Source: a virus. From it: DNA of 64,000 nt. Below, one piece after another: positions 27,901 through 37,193 of the stretch. The position numbers and the translations under genes were made by a program. Within the stretch, counting starts at the first letter, position 1; each line of letters begins with the position of its first letter. The DNA is taken from the IMG/VR virus record IMGVR_UViG_3300020439_000003, positions 45,555 to 109,554 of that record; one strand, written 5' to 3'. The notes under the pieces are model-generated. The model searched no databases and was not told the origin of the DNA. It was given only the letters and a program-made list of their open reading frames with translations.

Positions 27901-28479
27901 GTCATCACCACGATAATATACACCGTTGTTGTCCCCATCAAAGAAGGACATCTGCCAGAAATAGCAACCACCAGTCAGTCTAAAAATCGCAGAAGGACCA
28001 GGCTCATTGACAGCAGTAATACCGAGACTACCCTGTACTGTGGGATAAGGGACGTATTTTGGAATGATTTTGGTTCTACGAAGGTCCGAACCAACAACAG
28101 AGACACCACGAGGGCAAATAATACCACCGCGAGTTGAATTAAATTTATAAAGAACATTACTACTACTCGTTAGATCGAAGTTAGTATTAGCGTCAAACGG
28201 TTGGACATCATTATAGTCCGCAACCCCTGGTCTGTTATCGAGAACATACTCAGAGGGATACAGATAGATTGAAAATGCGTCGAATTCGTCATTACTCAGA
28301 CCAACACGATAGGAGAATCGTGCCACTTCAAGGAATGCTCTCTGCAACGTCTTAAATGGACGCAACGCAGAGTTACCCCTATTGTCATATGCATCCGATG
28401 CATCAAAGTCGTCAGGGTTGACGTAGATAATACGTCCTGTCCTCGACGTAATGATATTTTTAAGACGAGTAAGTGCCAT
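24901..28479 (-). CDS. large virion structural / tail fibre-related protein
   Basis: 1192 aa; MALTRLKNII...IIYVNP.DFDA.D...RPFKTLQRA, GFKSMVVAQFTG, ASGHTFEYLGFGPGNYS. Confidence 0.8.
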   Translation of the reverse strand: MALTRLKNIITSRTGRIIYVNPDDFDASDAYDNRGNSALRPFKTLQRAFLEVARFSYRVGLSNDEFDAFSIYLYPSEYVLDNRPGVADYNDVQPFDANTNFDLTSSSNVLYKFNSTRGGIICPRGVSVVGSDLRRTKIIPKYVPYPTVQGSLGITAVNEPGPSAIFRLTGGCYFWQMSFFDGDNNGVYYRGDDIATIAPNFSHHKITCFEYANPEDLSLYYQKISKAYATIPDSSGVVAQDQLQARIEENRIVGPISDEFAVSQIIRNGQTATAFTVDELGNPKNHGFSVGVAVNISGVTGPTEQDQLLYNGSFLVTSAQGNQFTYQMSSEPSGNAIGSNILVKVEIDTVDSASPYVFNCSLRSVWGINGMHADGSQATGFKSMVVAQFTGISLQKDDRAFVVYNQSTGQYEPQAAGSGAHINGLAEYRRGWRHVHIKASNDSFIQVVSVFAVGFGDHFFSDSGGDLSITNSNSNFGNTSLRSKGFKAASFTKDKAGQITHIIPPKSLSDVEEISINWVTIDITTTKAEADASRLYLYGYTSEAGRPPSKIQGYTIGARRDDVNTPDKIYVSLVASGASDPTTHYANISPSGPTVTGTRAGDDDNPLKWDSNRSQWYLQVDSAANTIYTTLQANSLYQNLGFTPTTFIRRIPDARDLNDRTYRFRYVLDKDAFPVPRPPITGFVMQPRSSETNSPSYSKTYYIYDVETFQTFERGVADGIYYLTMLSASVSPAAQNFNDFEFSQQTVDIYPAFDRDNPVADPAASVSVADNETLGLVRTTDGATPTPNEDTQLSITKETAQFFLQETENNLGYTTTTNTLTGIVVTARLGDEEERKIPLQLNPDNSVAPLSIELRRYSILRASGHTFEYLGFGPGNYSTAFPSTQVEVLKPEQVRLSQSLKEAAGVAYYSGVNSDGELFVGNQVINPVTGQITNEDIAQLNVLGEEGTTIETFSELVLTDKLTVIGGASNQLESVFSGPVTMQKKLTSQDEIQSLKFTYSNDDGTVLKQTFLAEEVAGLPDLDAGLAFNSGDICYNIDWTPGQSLGWVYDAGTWYKMGLSDTAPITSQRYSGVTNYGIGMAPDASNRLKVSGNTYFNGDIDVSGKYGCADKYRLATGLSSGNNGITYNGNGSTVTFAISPGHTAYSVLVFLNGVCQVPGVDYTVTGNAVDFSIGGATIPATGDVIQIRELVI

Positions 28480-28509
28480 TTACTTGGGTTCCTCTTACCT
28501 ATGTATTTA

Positions 28510-30720
28510 TTATGGTGTCGCGCCGCCACCGCCAGAATCAGCGGCTTTGGTGTTAACGACCACCGCGAAATCATCAGAAACTGATTCAAATCCAGTGACG
28601 TTGTATGCAATATCACCAGCAGAAGAATATACCAAGATGTTCTGACCAGGACCAACCACAATGCCAGTAGTTCTGTCTACTGAATTTGCAGCGATTGCCT
28701 TGTCATAAGCAATATAATCTTCGGCGTTAGTATATGTTTCAGCAGTTGCACCTGCCTTATCACCTGTACCAATACCATTGATGTCAAAAGTGAGGTTAGC
28801 AGCGCCACCACCACCAAGGACAGCATCAGTTGCAGTTAGAGTTTCACCATCAACATAATCTTTACCACCATTGACCAGAGTTACAGTAGCAGCACCAGAT
28901 CCATCTACTACAATAGAAACAGTACAACCAGATCCAGTGCCACCAGTAGGAGATACACTGTAAGTACCAGCAGAGCGAGATGCATCGGCAGCGCCAACAC
29001 TATCAAAAGCAAGAATCTTACCAGCAACTACCTCCGCCATGTAACGATTCTCGTTAGCACGAGTCGGAGTGTCATAGAAAGTATCACCAACTGCGAAAGC
29101 AGGAGATCCAATATCCAGAGAGATCTTCAACACGTTGCGTGCAGGATCCCAGTCATGGACATATCCATACTTACCAGGTGTTACACCATTGTTTTGAACA
29201 GTGTAAGTAACACCACCAAGGTCAAAAGTATCAGCAGCAGCGAAAGTCTCACCTGCTACCTTATAGATATAAATTTCTTCGTACTCAGGATTGTTGGCAA
29301 TACTAATAGCATGACCAAACTGAGCATTACCATCCTCAGTGTTAGCAACTGCGGGTTCAGCGTAGGTGTTAAGTGACAGAGGAGTTGCCTCATCAATCAC
29401 AATTTCCAAATAACCATTAGATCCAGCAGTACCTACCTTGGTAACACCAGTAGTATATTCAACACCAGTCAGCGTTTGGGTTCCATCGACTTCTTCCGAA
29501 AGGCGAAGTGGATGACCAGTATTACTACTATCAGATTGAATATAACGGTAAGTCCGTTCGTTATCAAATCCAGCGGCAAGCGGAAACTCATAAGTTCCTG
29601 TGCTAGATCCCTCAGCAATGATAAATTTATCACGGTTTTCAACAGGGGTAGAACCCTGTGAGAAGTTTGCAGGTACAGTAGCATTAGAAGTACCACCTGT
29701 CAAGGTCTCACCCTCAGTCAGGAAGTTCAAATAATAGTCACCAGCATCAGTCAACTGAGTAACAGCAGAACCATCGGTGTGGTCAACAGCAGAAGTACCA
29801 TACACACCACGGATCACACCCAGATCGTTACCAGCAACAGACTCAACTTGAAGGAGTTCGTTGCCAATTCTGATGAAAGATCCTTCAAGGAATCCAGTTG
29901 CATCAGTCAGAGTCAAGGTAGCATCAGCAGCAGCGTACGTTGCACCTTCGTTAATGGTAGATGCAGTAGCAGAGTCGATGAAAGACTTAACATACTCACC
30001 AGCAGGAATAGCAGATGCCGTCGTACCATACACACCACGAGTAACAGTCAGTGTGTTGTTAGTAGTGTTAATACCACCAACGTTGATAGAAAGAATCTCA
30101 GTACCAGTATCAGTCGGAGCGTCACTTCTCATCAAGAGAGTATTCTCAGCAAGACCAGTGTTACGAGATACCTTAACACTTGTAGCACCAGATGCTACGT
30201 CTGCCATGGCAAAAGTCAGACCACCCGTGGTGTTATCAAACGCACGAACAGTAGCAGTCAGACCAGAAGTACCGCCAGTAATAGTCTCACCTGCCACCAA
30301 CAAACCAATAAGGTTATCTACGTTGGTCTCAGTCGTGAGAAGTTTCTCAACTTTAACGTATCTCATCACGGTAGCAGTGTCCTTGAATACGTCAAGGAGT
30401 TTTGCAGTTGCACCGCTAGTCGATACAATATCAGCACCAGGAGTTGCATCAGCAAATGCAATACCAGGAGTGACTTTCAACTTGTAAGTTGAAATTGGAT
30501 TACCTTTTGTGAATTCTAAGTTATTCGTGGTTGCACCTTCATCACCATTCATGGTGAGAATTTGGTCGTAATCACGAATTGCAGCACGGTAGGTAACTCC
30601 GCTACCACTAGCATTGGTGGCAGTCAGGACCGTGGATGCAGTGTTATCGATGTTGCATCGATACAGTGATGTATTTGTAGTTGCCGCTGGTTTTGCAGCG
30701 GCGAGTCTTCCTGCTGTCAT
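28510..30720 (-). CDS. virion structural protein
   Basis: 736 aa, T/A/G-rich, with repeated GETITGGTS and V.RGVYGT motifs. Confidence 0.8.
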   Translation of the reverse strand: MTAGRLAAAKPAATTNTSLYRCNIDNTASTVLTATNASGSGVTYRAAIRDYDQILTMNGDEGATTNNLEFTKGNPISTYKLKVTPGIAFADATPGADIVSTSGATAKLLDVFKDTATVMRYVKVEKLLTTETNVDNLIGLLVAGETITGGTSGLTATVRAFDNTTGGLTFAMADVASGATSVKVSRNTGLAENTLLMRSDAPTDTGTEILSINVGGINTTNNTLTVTRGVYGTTASAIPAGEYVKSFIDSATASTINEGATYAAADATLTLTDATGFLEGSFIRIGNELLQVESVAGNDLGVIRGVYGTSAVDHTDGSAVTQLTDAGDYYLNFLTEGETLTGGTSNATVPANFSQGSTPVENRDKFIIAEGSSTGTYEFPLAAGFDNERTYRYIQSDSSNTGHPLRLSEEVDGTQTLTGVEYTTGVTKVGTAGSNGYLEIVIDEATPLSLNTYAEPAVANTEDGNAQFGHAISIANNPEYEEIYIYKVAGETFAAADTFDLGGVTYTVQNNGVTPGKYGYVHDWDPARNVLKISLDIGSPAFAVGDTFYDTPTRANENRYMAEVVAGKILAFDSVGAADASRSAGTYSVSPTGGTGSGCTVSIVVDGSGAATVTLVNGGKDYVDGETLTATDAVLGGGGAANLTFDINGIGTGDKAGATAETYTNAEDYIAYDKAIAANSVDRTTGIVVGPGQNILVYSSAGDIAYNVTGFESVSDDFAVVVNTKAADSGGGGATP

Positions 30721-30727
30721 TTGTTAA

Positions 30728-32062
30728 TTACCATCCTGCCTGGAAAAATGTTTGGAGTCGGAGTCTACCCCCGAAGGTTGGTGCCGCGAGAGGACCACCG
30801 AAACTAACACCCACCGCGTCGATGTTGTTAGTGGAGAGAAGCGTTGCGTCGCCATCAGGGAACTGAATTTGTACAGAACCAGTGATGTTCGTGGTGTCAA
30901 TGTTGATAATACCGTTGACATTATCAGGGTTATTGATCGCCACATACTCCAACGTCTTATAAGCAAGCGTTTGAGTTGCTCGCTCTGCAACCAAGACATT
31001 TGGATCCGTACCATTATTTAGAGGGGCAGTAACACTGCCGCCTGGGAAACTGAATACGAGGTTATTGTTAGTTGGGATGTTCTCCATCTCCAACGTAACC
31101 TTCTTACTATTATCGTCTGTATCCTGGAAGATAGCACCTTCGTAGGTTTTGTTCGTCAGGATTTGTGTAGACGCTTCACCAACAACTTTGACGTTCAAGT
31201 CAGGGAACGTAACAGTTCTATCCTGAGTCAGTTCTGATTGGTCGAAGATAACATAACGAGTTGGATCGTTCTCATCATTAGAAGGAGTATTAGAGAACGT
31301 GGGGTTAACCATGTTCTTATTATATACATCCTGCTCAGTAACGTCATCCAAGATAGTAGACTGAGTAATGGCGGCACCGAAATCGGGCAGTCTGTATGTA
31401 TGCAGACCAGGTGCATCCCATGCGTCAGTCTCAAACTTTGCGATCTTTGCAGCGTTAGTAGAACCAGTAATACTCAGATCACTATCCTTAATAATGATCG
31501 TCTTATTAGTGATAGTCTGGTTCGTATCAGTAGCAAGAAAGGTGGTCGTAGTGTTCGCACCCAAGTTAGGGAAGTCGAAACGCTTCGTGCCACCTGCTGT
31601 TGATACAGTACCAACGTTGAAAAATACTCTCTTGCCAGGGTTCTGATCGTCCTCAAAGAACAGCGTGTTGTCGGTAAAGATTGTAGTACCGTCAACCGTA
31701 AAGTAACCACTACCCTGCGGAGTGATCTCTACGTTAGCATTTGCCGATGCAGTATCAATAGCACGGATTTCCAGAGTGGAGGATCCATCCGAGTTTGCAT
31801 TCCGACTATTATATAATGCTGCCGTACCAAATGTGATACCAATTTCATTTACATTGGATTGGTACAAACCAGTGTCACGGTCCAAATTGAAAGCCATACC
31901 TGGGGCGGTCTGACTTCCTGCCGATACTGATCGAAAGAGTTGATTAACTCTTGCCTTCCTGTTGGGGATGAGTGGGTCAGAAATGACAATAGGAAGAACT
32001 GCTTCTCCCGTTACCAGGTCGTCGCCAACAGTTTGAAGTTGTGATATTCTTTTAGTTCCCAC
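30728..32062 (-). CDS. virion structural protein
   Basis: 444 aa with QTITNKT-type repeats; late promoter TATAAATA at 32093-32100. Confidence 0.75.
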   Translation of the reverse strand: MGTKRISQLQTVGDDLVTGEAVLPIVISDPLIPNRKARVNQLFRSVSAGSQTAPGMAFNLDRDTGLYQSNVNEIGITFGTAALYNSRNANSDGSSTLEIRAIDTASANANVEITPQGSGYFTVDGTTIFTDNTLFFEDDQNPGKRVFFNVGTVSTAGGTKRFDFPNLGANTTTTFLATDTNQTITNKTIIIKDSDLSITGSTNAAKIAKFETDAWDAPGLHTYRLPDFGAAITQSTILDDVTEQDVYNKNMVNPTFSNTPSNDENDPTRYVIFDQSELTQDRTVTFPDLNVKVVGEASTQILTNKTYEGAIFQDTDDNSKKVTLEMENIPTNNNLVFSFPGGSVTAPLNNGTDPNVLVAERATQTLAYKTLEYVAINNPDNVNGIINIDTTNITGSVQIQFPDGDATLLSTNNIDAVGVSFGGPLAAPTFGGRLRLQTFFQAGW

Positions 32063-32095
32063 TACACTCTCACGGGCGCTGTTGTTCCAAGTTAT

Positions 32096-32335
32096 TTATA
32101 ACGTTACAGACCTGTGTCCCATGAGAAGAGTCAATAGCGAGTTTGCTTTCTCTCGCATTTTGTCGTGATAGTCACGGGCACTAATGACCTCTGCGATGAT
32201 CTCTTCGTAGCACTGCCGAGGATCAAAATCATCAAAACACATGTAATCGTTAATAGCGTCACTTAGACGTTCCCTCCTTTGTTGTTCGTAAGTTTTATCG
32301 GGTCCGAGATTAGGGCGTCCCTCAGTCGGGGACAT
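32096..32335 (-). CDS. hypothetical protein
   Basis: Coupled small ORF. Confidence 0.65.
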   Translation of the reverse strand: MSPTEGRPNLGPDKTYEQQRRERLSDAINDYMCFDDFDPRQCYEEIIAEVISARDYHDKMREKANSLLTLLMGHRSVTL

Positions 32336-32588
32336 CTTGGAAGTTGTCAATGTATTCCTCCATATTAAAGACGATGGGATGGCACTCTTCCATAATTAAG
32401 TAAGATGACCATCGATAAAGATCTTCCATTGTGATCTTTGGATTGTTCTCTGCCTGTATGATGACCTGTGGGTCATTGGGATCAAATCCCTCGTCCTCAA
32501 ATGTGAACGGTAACCCAGAGATCAAAAACATCTTAACTATGCCACATGTATCAAGATAACAATACTGCTCAGTTACGTTGAACTTCAT
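32322..32588 (-). CDS. hypothetical protein
   Basis: GLPFTFE...SSYLIMEECHP, a cyanophage pattern. Confidence 0.7.
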   Translation of the reverse strand: MKFNVTEQYCYLDTCGIVKMFLISGLPFTFEDEGFDPNDPQVIIQAENNPKITMEDLYRWSSYLIMEECHPIVFNMEEYIDNFQDVPD

Positions 32589-32793
32589 GCGCTTCCTCTT
32601 GCATCATCGATGCGATCTTGCCTTCTAAGATAAGACAGACCTCTTTAACGGTCTGTGCCTTAATACTATGTAGGTGTGTTGCGTCTTCATAACCTAATAC
32701 AGTACCATGCCAGTGCTGGTCGATGTCAGAGAACCACAGTTTAATATCAACTGTTAAGTTCTTCTTGCATGGCGCTGAGTTCTTCATTGACAT
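32569..32793 (-). CDS. HicB/DUF1902-like small protein
   Basis: beta-beta-beta-alpha pattern: W.GTV.G......KAQTVKEV...LEGKI. Confidence 0.4.
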   Translation of the reverse strand: MSMKNSAPCKKNLTVDIKLWFSDIDQHWHGTVLGYEDATHLHSIKAQTVKEVCLILEGKIASMMQEEAHEVQRN

Positions 32794-33025
32794 ACTGTGC
32801 TACTCCTGCGGGATCTGGTTTCCAGTCACTTGGCATGGGCAAATCGGGCGGAAGATCGTCATTTGCCTGCGCGTAACTGTTTACGTATTCAGGTACAGGA
32901 ACCATCAATACTGAGGGTTTGCCCTCCTGAACGATCTTGATTGTATGACCTCTTTCTACGAGTGTCAAGCAGAAGTCCAAGTTTTCTTGCACTTCTTCAA
33001 TTTTCAATTCAAGTAGACTAGACAT
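32747..33025 (-). CDS. Phd/YefM antitoxin-like protein
   Basis: LKIEEVQENLDFCLTLVERGHTIKIVQEGKPSVLMVP. Confidence 0.55.
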   Translation of the reverse strand: MSSLLELKIEEVQENLDFCLTLVERGHTIKIVQEGKPSVLMVPVPEYVNSYAQANDDLPPDLPMPSDWKPDPAGVAQYVNEELSAMQEELNS

Positions 33026-33219
33026 TAGAAACAATAGGTACGTTGATCAGATTCAAGGTTGTCTTGAAGCAACTCGGTAATCACCTGGAAACTTTCAGCA
33101 CCATCGGTATCGAAGGTGAATTGGACAGTTTCATCATAACCCTCATCATCTTGTACGACGATGCGGCGCTCAGGGAAGTGGAAGTAAGCGTGAGCGATAA
33201 AGCGAGGTTCAGTGTTCAT
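33025..33219 (-). CDS. hypothetical protein
   Basis: 64 aa, TAATG-coupled to gp5. Confidence 0.65.
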   Translation of the reverse strand: MNTEPRFIAHAYFHFPERRIVVQDDEGYDETVQFTFDTDGAESFQVITELLQDNLESDQRTYCF

Positions 33220-35795
33220 TAGTTAAGCATTACAGGGAGACCGTAGATCTGAGTAGGACCGAGACCCGAACCCAGAGCAGCAAGACCAGTACCGACGCCG
33301 TAGGAGACGAGACCAGTAGTACACTGGTTAATAATAGCACCTGATCCGCCCGTGACAATCTCGCCTATGCCACCTGTTGGAGTGGCTATCATGGTCATAT
33401 GAGCACCAGGCGATCCACCAGTAACGATGTCTGCCATAGCACCAGGTTTGGTGTTGCCCACCGACATACGAATATGTGCAGGAGGAGTAACACCAGGGAA
33501 TGGTGCGTCCATTGTCACGTCAACGATAGCACCTTTCACCAGACTGTACTGACCAGTCACCACACCAGGGATCATGGAGAAGATACCAATAACATCGAAT
33601 CTACCACATGCAAGGAAACTGGTGATCCAGTTTGCTTCGTTGATGATCTCACCACTTGCTTTGTTAGTGATGACGTTTGCCTGATTATTGATCTCAGGTG
33701 CATCAAGAGAGATAGCGTTAATACCTTTGATGTTAACACGAGCACCCTGGATAGTAATGTCACCCTGATAAGAAATATCGTGGTCACCTGCTTTGGTTTG
33801 TACAGACTTCGCTTCTTTCTCACCATGATCTACGTCAAAGTGACTACCGCCACTCTTAGCAGTCATGAGATTGTTGAGAGTATCGCTTGCCTGATCCAAC
33901 CACTTGTCACCACCCTTGAAGAATGATGAATCACTATTAGACTTTGCCTTAGCACCAGGACCGTTAGAGGTGTGCTCGTTCATAGAACCAGAAACTTCCA
34001 AGTGGAAGTCACCCATCACTTTCAGGTAGTAATCACCTTCAACAGTGTGAACGAGGTTGTTCTTGACGTTCTGCACAAGGTCGCGACCATAGATAGCAGT
34101 CTCGTTGTTAGGAACGTTGACGTGCTTATTGCCACGCTTATCTTCAAACGAAGTAACACCACCAGGACCAGAACGAACACGCTTCTCCTTGCCAGGAGTT
34201 GCATCATCAATATCTCTTGCACCATTCAAGAACATTTGAGTCTGTTGCAAGAACGGATTCATCTCCTGGAAGAAGGAATCAAAGATGTTACCACCTGTCG
34301 ATCCACCAAAGTCACCAGCTCCACAGTCTGCGTAGTTACCGCCACCAGGACCAGCAAGTGCTTCACCAATATCGGTACATTCGGTGGTCCCCAATAATGG
34401 TAACCACCCTTTCGCTCGCGGTTTTCGACTCTTCCTTCCACACGATATGAACCCAGCAATAAAACCAATGATTGCAGAAATGATGTCAAGGATACTAGAA
34501 AAATTCAGTGAGGTAAAGTCTACCGAGAAGATACTACTAATACCATCAGCAACTTTCTTCAAATCCTTGAAAGTATTGATTGCTTTCAACACAGTGTCAG
34601 CAATCTTATTGAACATTGCTAGTGCCTTACAGATCTTCTTCTGAATACCTGCCATTGCCTTCTCAACGAAGTCAAGCACACCAGCAATCATGTCATCGAT
34701 CTTGTCCATGACATAATCAAATATACTCTGTAAGAATCCTCCTAGGTCTCCTACTATATTTGCGATTGCCGACAAGAAACCAGGAACAGGTTGGCAGAAA
34801 ATATCTTGAATGATCTGCATGATGATGTCCATGATCTTCTTCACGATGATCAGAGGGACAAAGTTAGAAACAACCTGCATGATCTTATCGATCAAGAGTT
34901 GCATCTTCTGTGCAAGGAATTCTTTCAGTGGTGCCAACATACCACTGATTGCATTAGTAATAAAGTTAGTAAGGTTACTCAGTTGGTTCAGGATTGCCTT
35001 ACCCTGCATCACATGTCCAGTGATAGCAGATACCATATTGCCATCTTCATCCTTGGCAATAGAACCAACACCGATACCCAGATCAGTGAGCATACGCTTC
35101 AAGTCTTTCGTGAAACCTTCGTTAGCAGGTCCAGTCGTACCATCAGCGATACCACCTTCATTAGAAGGAACACCAATAGGGTTGGTGAACACGTTGAAGG
35201 GAGTCTCAACTTCTGCTCTACTTACAGCACCACGAGATGCCTCCTCACCACCAGTAACACTACCAGGCGTTTGACCCTGTGCTTTCACAAAGGGGTTACC
35301 ACCCATCGCAGGAGTATTGTTCAGACTCGTCTGTGAAGGAGTGTTGGTTTTGTTTTCGTTCGCCTTTGTAGGATCAGCGAACACAGTGCGTGCCATCTCA
35401 TTAGGAGTGCCACGACCACCGTCCTTAGAACCCGTGTTCTCAGGGTTCTTCATAGTTCTGAATGAACCCAATACGCAAGGAAGTTGTGCCTCTTCACCAT
35501 CAAGGAAGAAACCAAGCACCTGTGCGCCAGGTTGCAGTTCAGTTGTAGTGCCAGCGTTTTTGGTCTGGGGTTGGTCAGTTGGGAGAAGTACCGTTGCCCA
35601 CGGCAGCATATCCGTAGGGAGTGTCTGCAAGTGAGATGATGATCCGTCTTCGGAGGTTTCTGATTGGGTATACCATCCAAGAATACGAACTTTAACCCTA
35701 CCTAATTGAGCAGGGTCCATGTGGTCTTCAACTTCACCAATCCACCAGTGAAATCCATCTCTGCCAGCAAAGTCAGTTTTTGATCCTAGTGCCAT
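33219..35795 (-). CDS. gp5: baseplate hub / central spike protein gp5
   Basis: WWIGEVED..DP..LGRVKVR...LPWA...V.GFFLDG..AQ.P (gp5 OB fold); C-terminal beta-helix repeats (VEGDYYLKVMGD). Confidence 0.85.
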   Translation of the reverse strand: MALGSKTDFAGRDGFHWWIGEVEDHMDPAQLGRVKVRILGWYTQSETSEDGSSSHLQTLPTDMLPWATVLLPTDQPQTKNAGTTTELQPGAQVLGFFLDGEEAQLPCVLGSFRTMKNPENTGSKDGGRGTPNEMARTVFADPTKANENKTNTPSQTSLNNTPAMGGNPFVKAQGQTPGSVTGGEEASRGAVSRAEVETPFNVFTNPIGVPSNEGGIADGTTGPANEGFTKDLKRMLTDLGIGVGSIAKDEDGNMVSAITGHVMQGKAILNQLSNLTNFITNAISGMLAPLKEFLAQKMQLLIDKIMQVVSNFVPLIIVKKIMDIIMQIIQDIFCQPVPGFLSAIANIVGDLGGFLQSIFDYVMDKIDDMIAGVLDFVEKAMAGIQKKICKALAMFNKIADTVLKAINTFKDLKKVADGISSIFSVDFTSLNFSSILDIISAIIGFIAGFISCGRKSRKPRAKGWLPLLGTTECTDIGEALAGPGGGNYADCGAGDFGGSTGGNIFDSFFQEMNPFLQQTQMFLNGARDIDDATPGKEKRVRSGPGGVTSFEDKRGNKHVNVPNNETAIYGRDLVQNVKNNLVHTVEGDYYLKVMGDFHLEVSGSMNEHTSNGPGAKAKSNSDSSFFKGGDKWLDQASDTLNNLMTAKSGGSHFDVDHGEKEAKSVQTKAGDHDISYQGDITIQGARVNIKGINAISLDAPEINNQANVITNKASGEIINEANWITSFLACGRFDVIGIFSMIPGVVTGQYSLVKGAIVDVTMDAPFPGVTPPAHIRMSVGNTKPGAMADIVTGGSPGAHMTMIATPTGGIGEIVTGGSGAIINQCTTGLVSYGVGTGLAALGSGLGPTQIYGLPVMLN

Positions 35796-36286
35796 TATGT
35801 TAGCGTAAAGTCTAGTTGCCTTCCATTATTTAGACGCTCAAACTGAAACAGACCTTCTTCTGGTTCTTTACCCCATTGGAACTTACCTGTCTCAATATCA
35901 TATCCTGTATCACGAGAGCGATAAAAGACACCATTAAATTGGATCTCAGATACTACTCTCGTATTCCTCAGAATACATTCGTCTTGGACTTCTCCAAACC
36001 ACCATCCATCAAAGTAACCCCATTGTAATGTGCAACCATCTGTACCAGTCTGTTGATTGACTGGATGTGTAATCACAGTATGGTCATCAAGATATTCACA
36101 GGTTATATGATAATGACGGTATGGATCATCCTCAGTTTGGTAATTATACCATTGTTTTAATTCTAGCACATTATTGTCAATCTTGGTATACAAGACATTG
36201 ATCTGTGGCCATTTACTAGGGTCTGTGAATGCTTGCTTTCTATTACGCCAGTGCCCCAGGATCATCTTTTCATATAATGAGGTCAT
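35795..36286 (-). CDS. cpeT: CpeT/CpcT-type phycobiliprotein lyase
   Basis: GHWRNRKQAF..P..W...KQWY.Y.....PYR...SRDTG.D...G...WG. Confidence 0.8.
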   Translation of the reverse strand: MTSLYEKMILGHWRNRKQAFTDPSKWPQINVLYTKIDNNVLELKQWYNYQTEDDPYRHYHITCEYLDDHTVITHPVNQQTGTDGCTLQWGYFDGWWFGEVQDECILRNTRVVSEIQFNGVFYRSRDTGYDIETGKFQWGKEPEEGLFQFERLNNGRQLDFTLT

Positions 36287-36875
36287 ACCATCCAGTCACA
36301 ATAATCTTCTCTTCATTAGGTGCAGGCAGTCCCTTATGCATATGGGTCCAATCTGCTGGCCAGATCAATGTCAGACCTTTCTTTGGTTTTATCTTAGCAC
36401 CCTGCACGTCAAAGAATGTCTCACCACCTTCTTTAATATCATTGAGATAGGTCATCCATGCCATAACACGATTAGCACATTCAGGATTAGCAGAGTTCCT
36501 TTCACAATGCAAAGCAAAAAATCCCCCATTAGGAGGATACCATTGCATATTGAAATCCTCTTGAAGATCCCAATGAATTGTACGCAACATAGGCCAATAG
36601 TTTACATATTCCCTAGTTACTTCTGCTAGTGCATCAATATAATCTGTGACCCTCTTATCTTTATGATAACGAGGAATGGTCATGTCAATAGAGTCCTTAA
36701 TGGTCTTATCAACCCCACCAGCACCACCATTAGCACCACCGCAGTGTCCCTCTGTCTTTTCTAAGTAGTCACAAGAATGCCAGAAATCTATGAGTCCATC
36801 ACAGATCTCTGGTTCGATTATGCCACCACCAATAAATGAGTTATGGGCATCAATATCAATGTATTCTCCAATCAT
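36270..36875 (-). CDS. 2OG-Fe(II) oxygenase, prolyl-hydroxylase-like, HxE type
   Basis: LHCE...WMTYLND..EGGET.F...IWPADWTHMHKG...KIIVTGW. Confidence 0.85.
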   Translation of the reverse strand: MIGEYIDIDAHNSFIGGGIIEPEICDGLIDFWHSCDYLEKTEGHCGGANGGAGGVDKTIKDSIDMTIPRYHKDKRVTDYIDALAEVTREYVNYWPMLRTIHWDLQEDFNMQWYPPNGGFFALHCERNSANPECANRVMAWMTYLNDIKEGGETFFDVQGAKIKPKKGLTLIWPADWTHMHKGLPAPNEEKIIVTGWYDLII

Positions 36876-36911
36876 AGCTAAGAGACTGCCCTTTCAACCC
36901 TGACAGTGTTG

Positions 36912-36940
36912 AGTATAATGATTTATGGGTATGTTGTCAA
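36912..36940 (-). promoter_or_regulatory. sigma70-like promoter
   Basis: TTGACA-17 bp-TATACT. Confidence 0.75.
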
Positions 36941-36941
36941 G

Positions 36942-37169
36942 TCAGTTGTCGTGTGTCTTACACTCGGGGGCACCTGGTTCTTGATCGCAGTAGAGTTCTA
37001 GTGCAGTGGGGTCGTGATGGTCTCCTGCTTCGATTTCTTTCTTATGGTGCTCAACATACTCTTCAAGATCATGCAGTTCGCCTTCAATGTGACGACGCAT
37101 TTGAGGATTTGTGGTAGGATCTTCGAGGATCTTTTTGTCTTGTTCGATGTGTTGTTCGATACTATCCAT
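36942..37169 (-). CDS. cp12: CP12 Calvin-cycle inhibitor
   Basis: LELYCDQEPGAPECKTHDN C-terminal CP12 motif. Confidence 0.9.
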   Translation of the reverse strand: MDSIEQHIEQDKKILEDPTTNPQMRRHIEGELHDLEEYVEHHKKEIEAGDHHDPTALELYCDQEPGAPECKTHDN

Positions 37170-37193
37170 GGTTTCTACCTCGGAGGTATAAAG

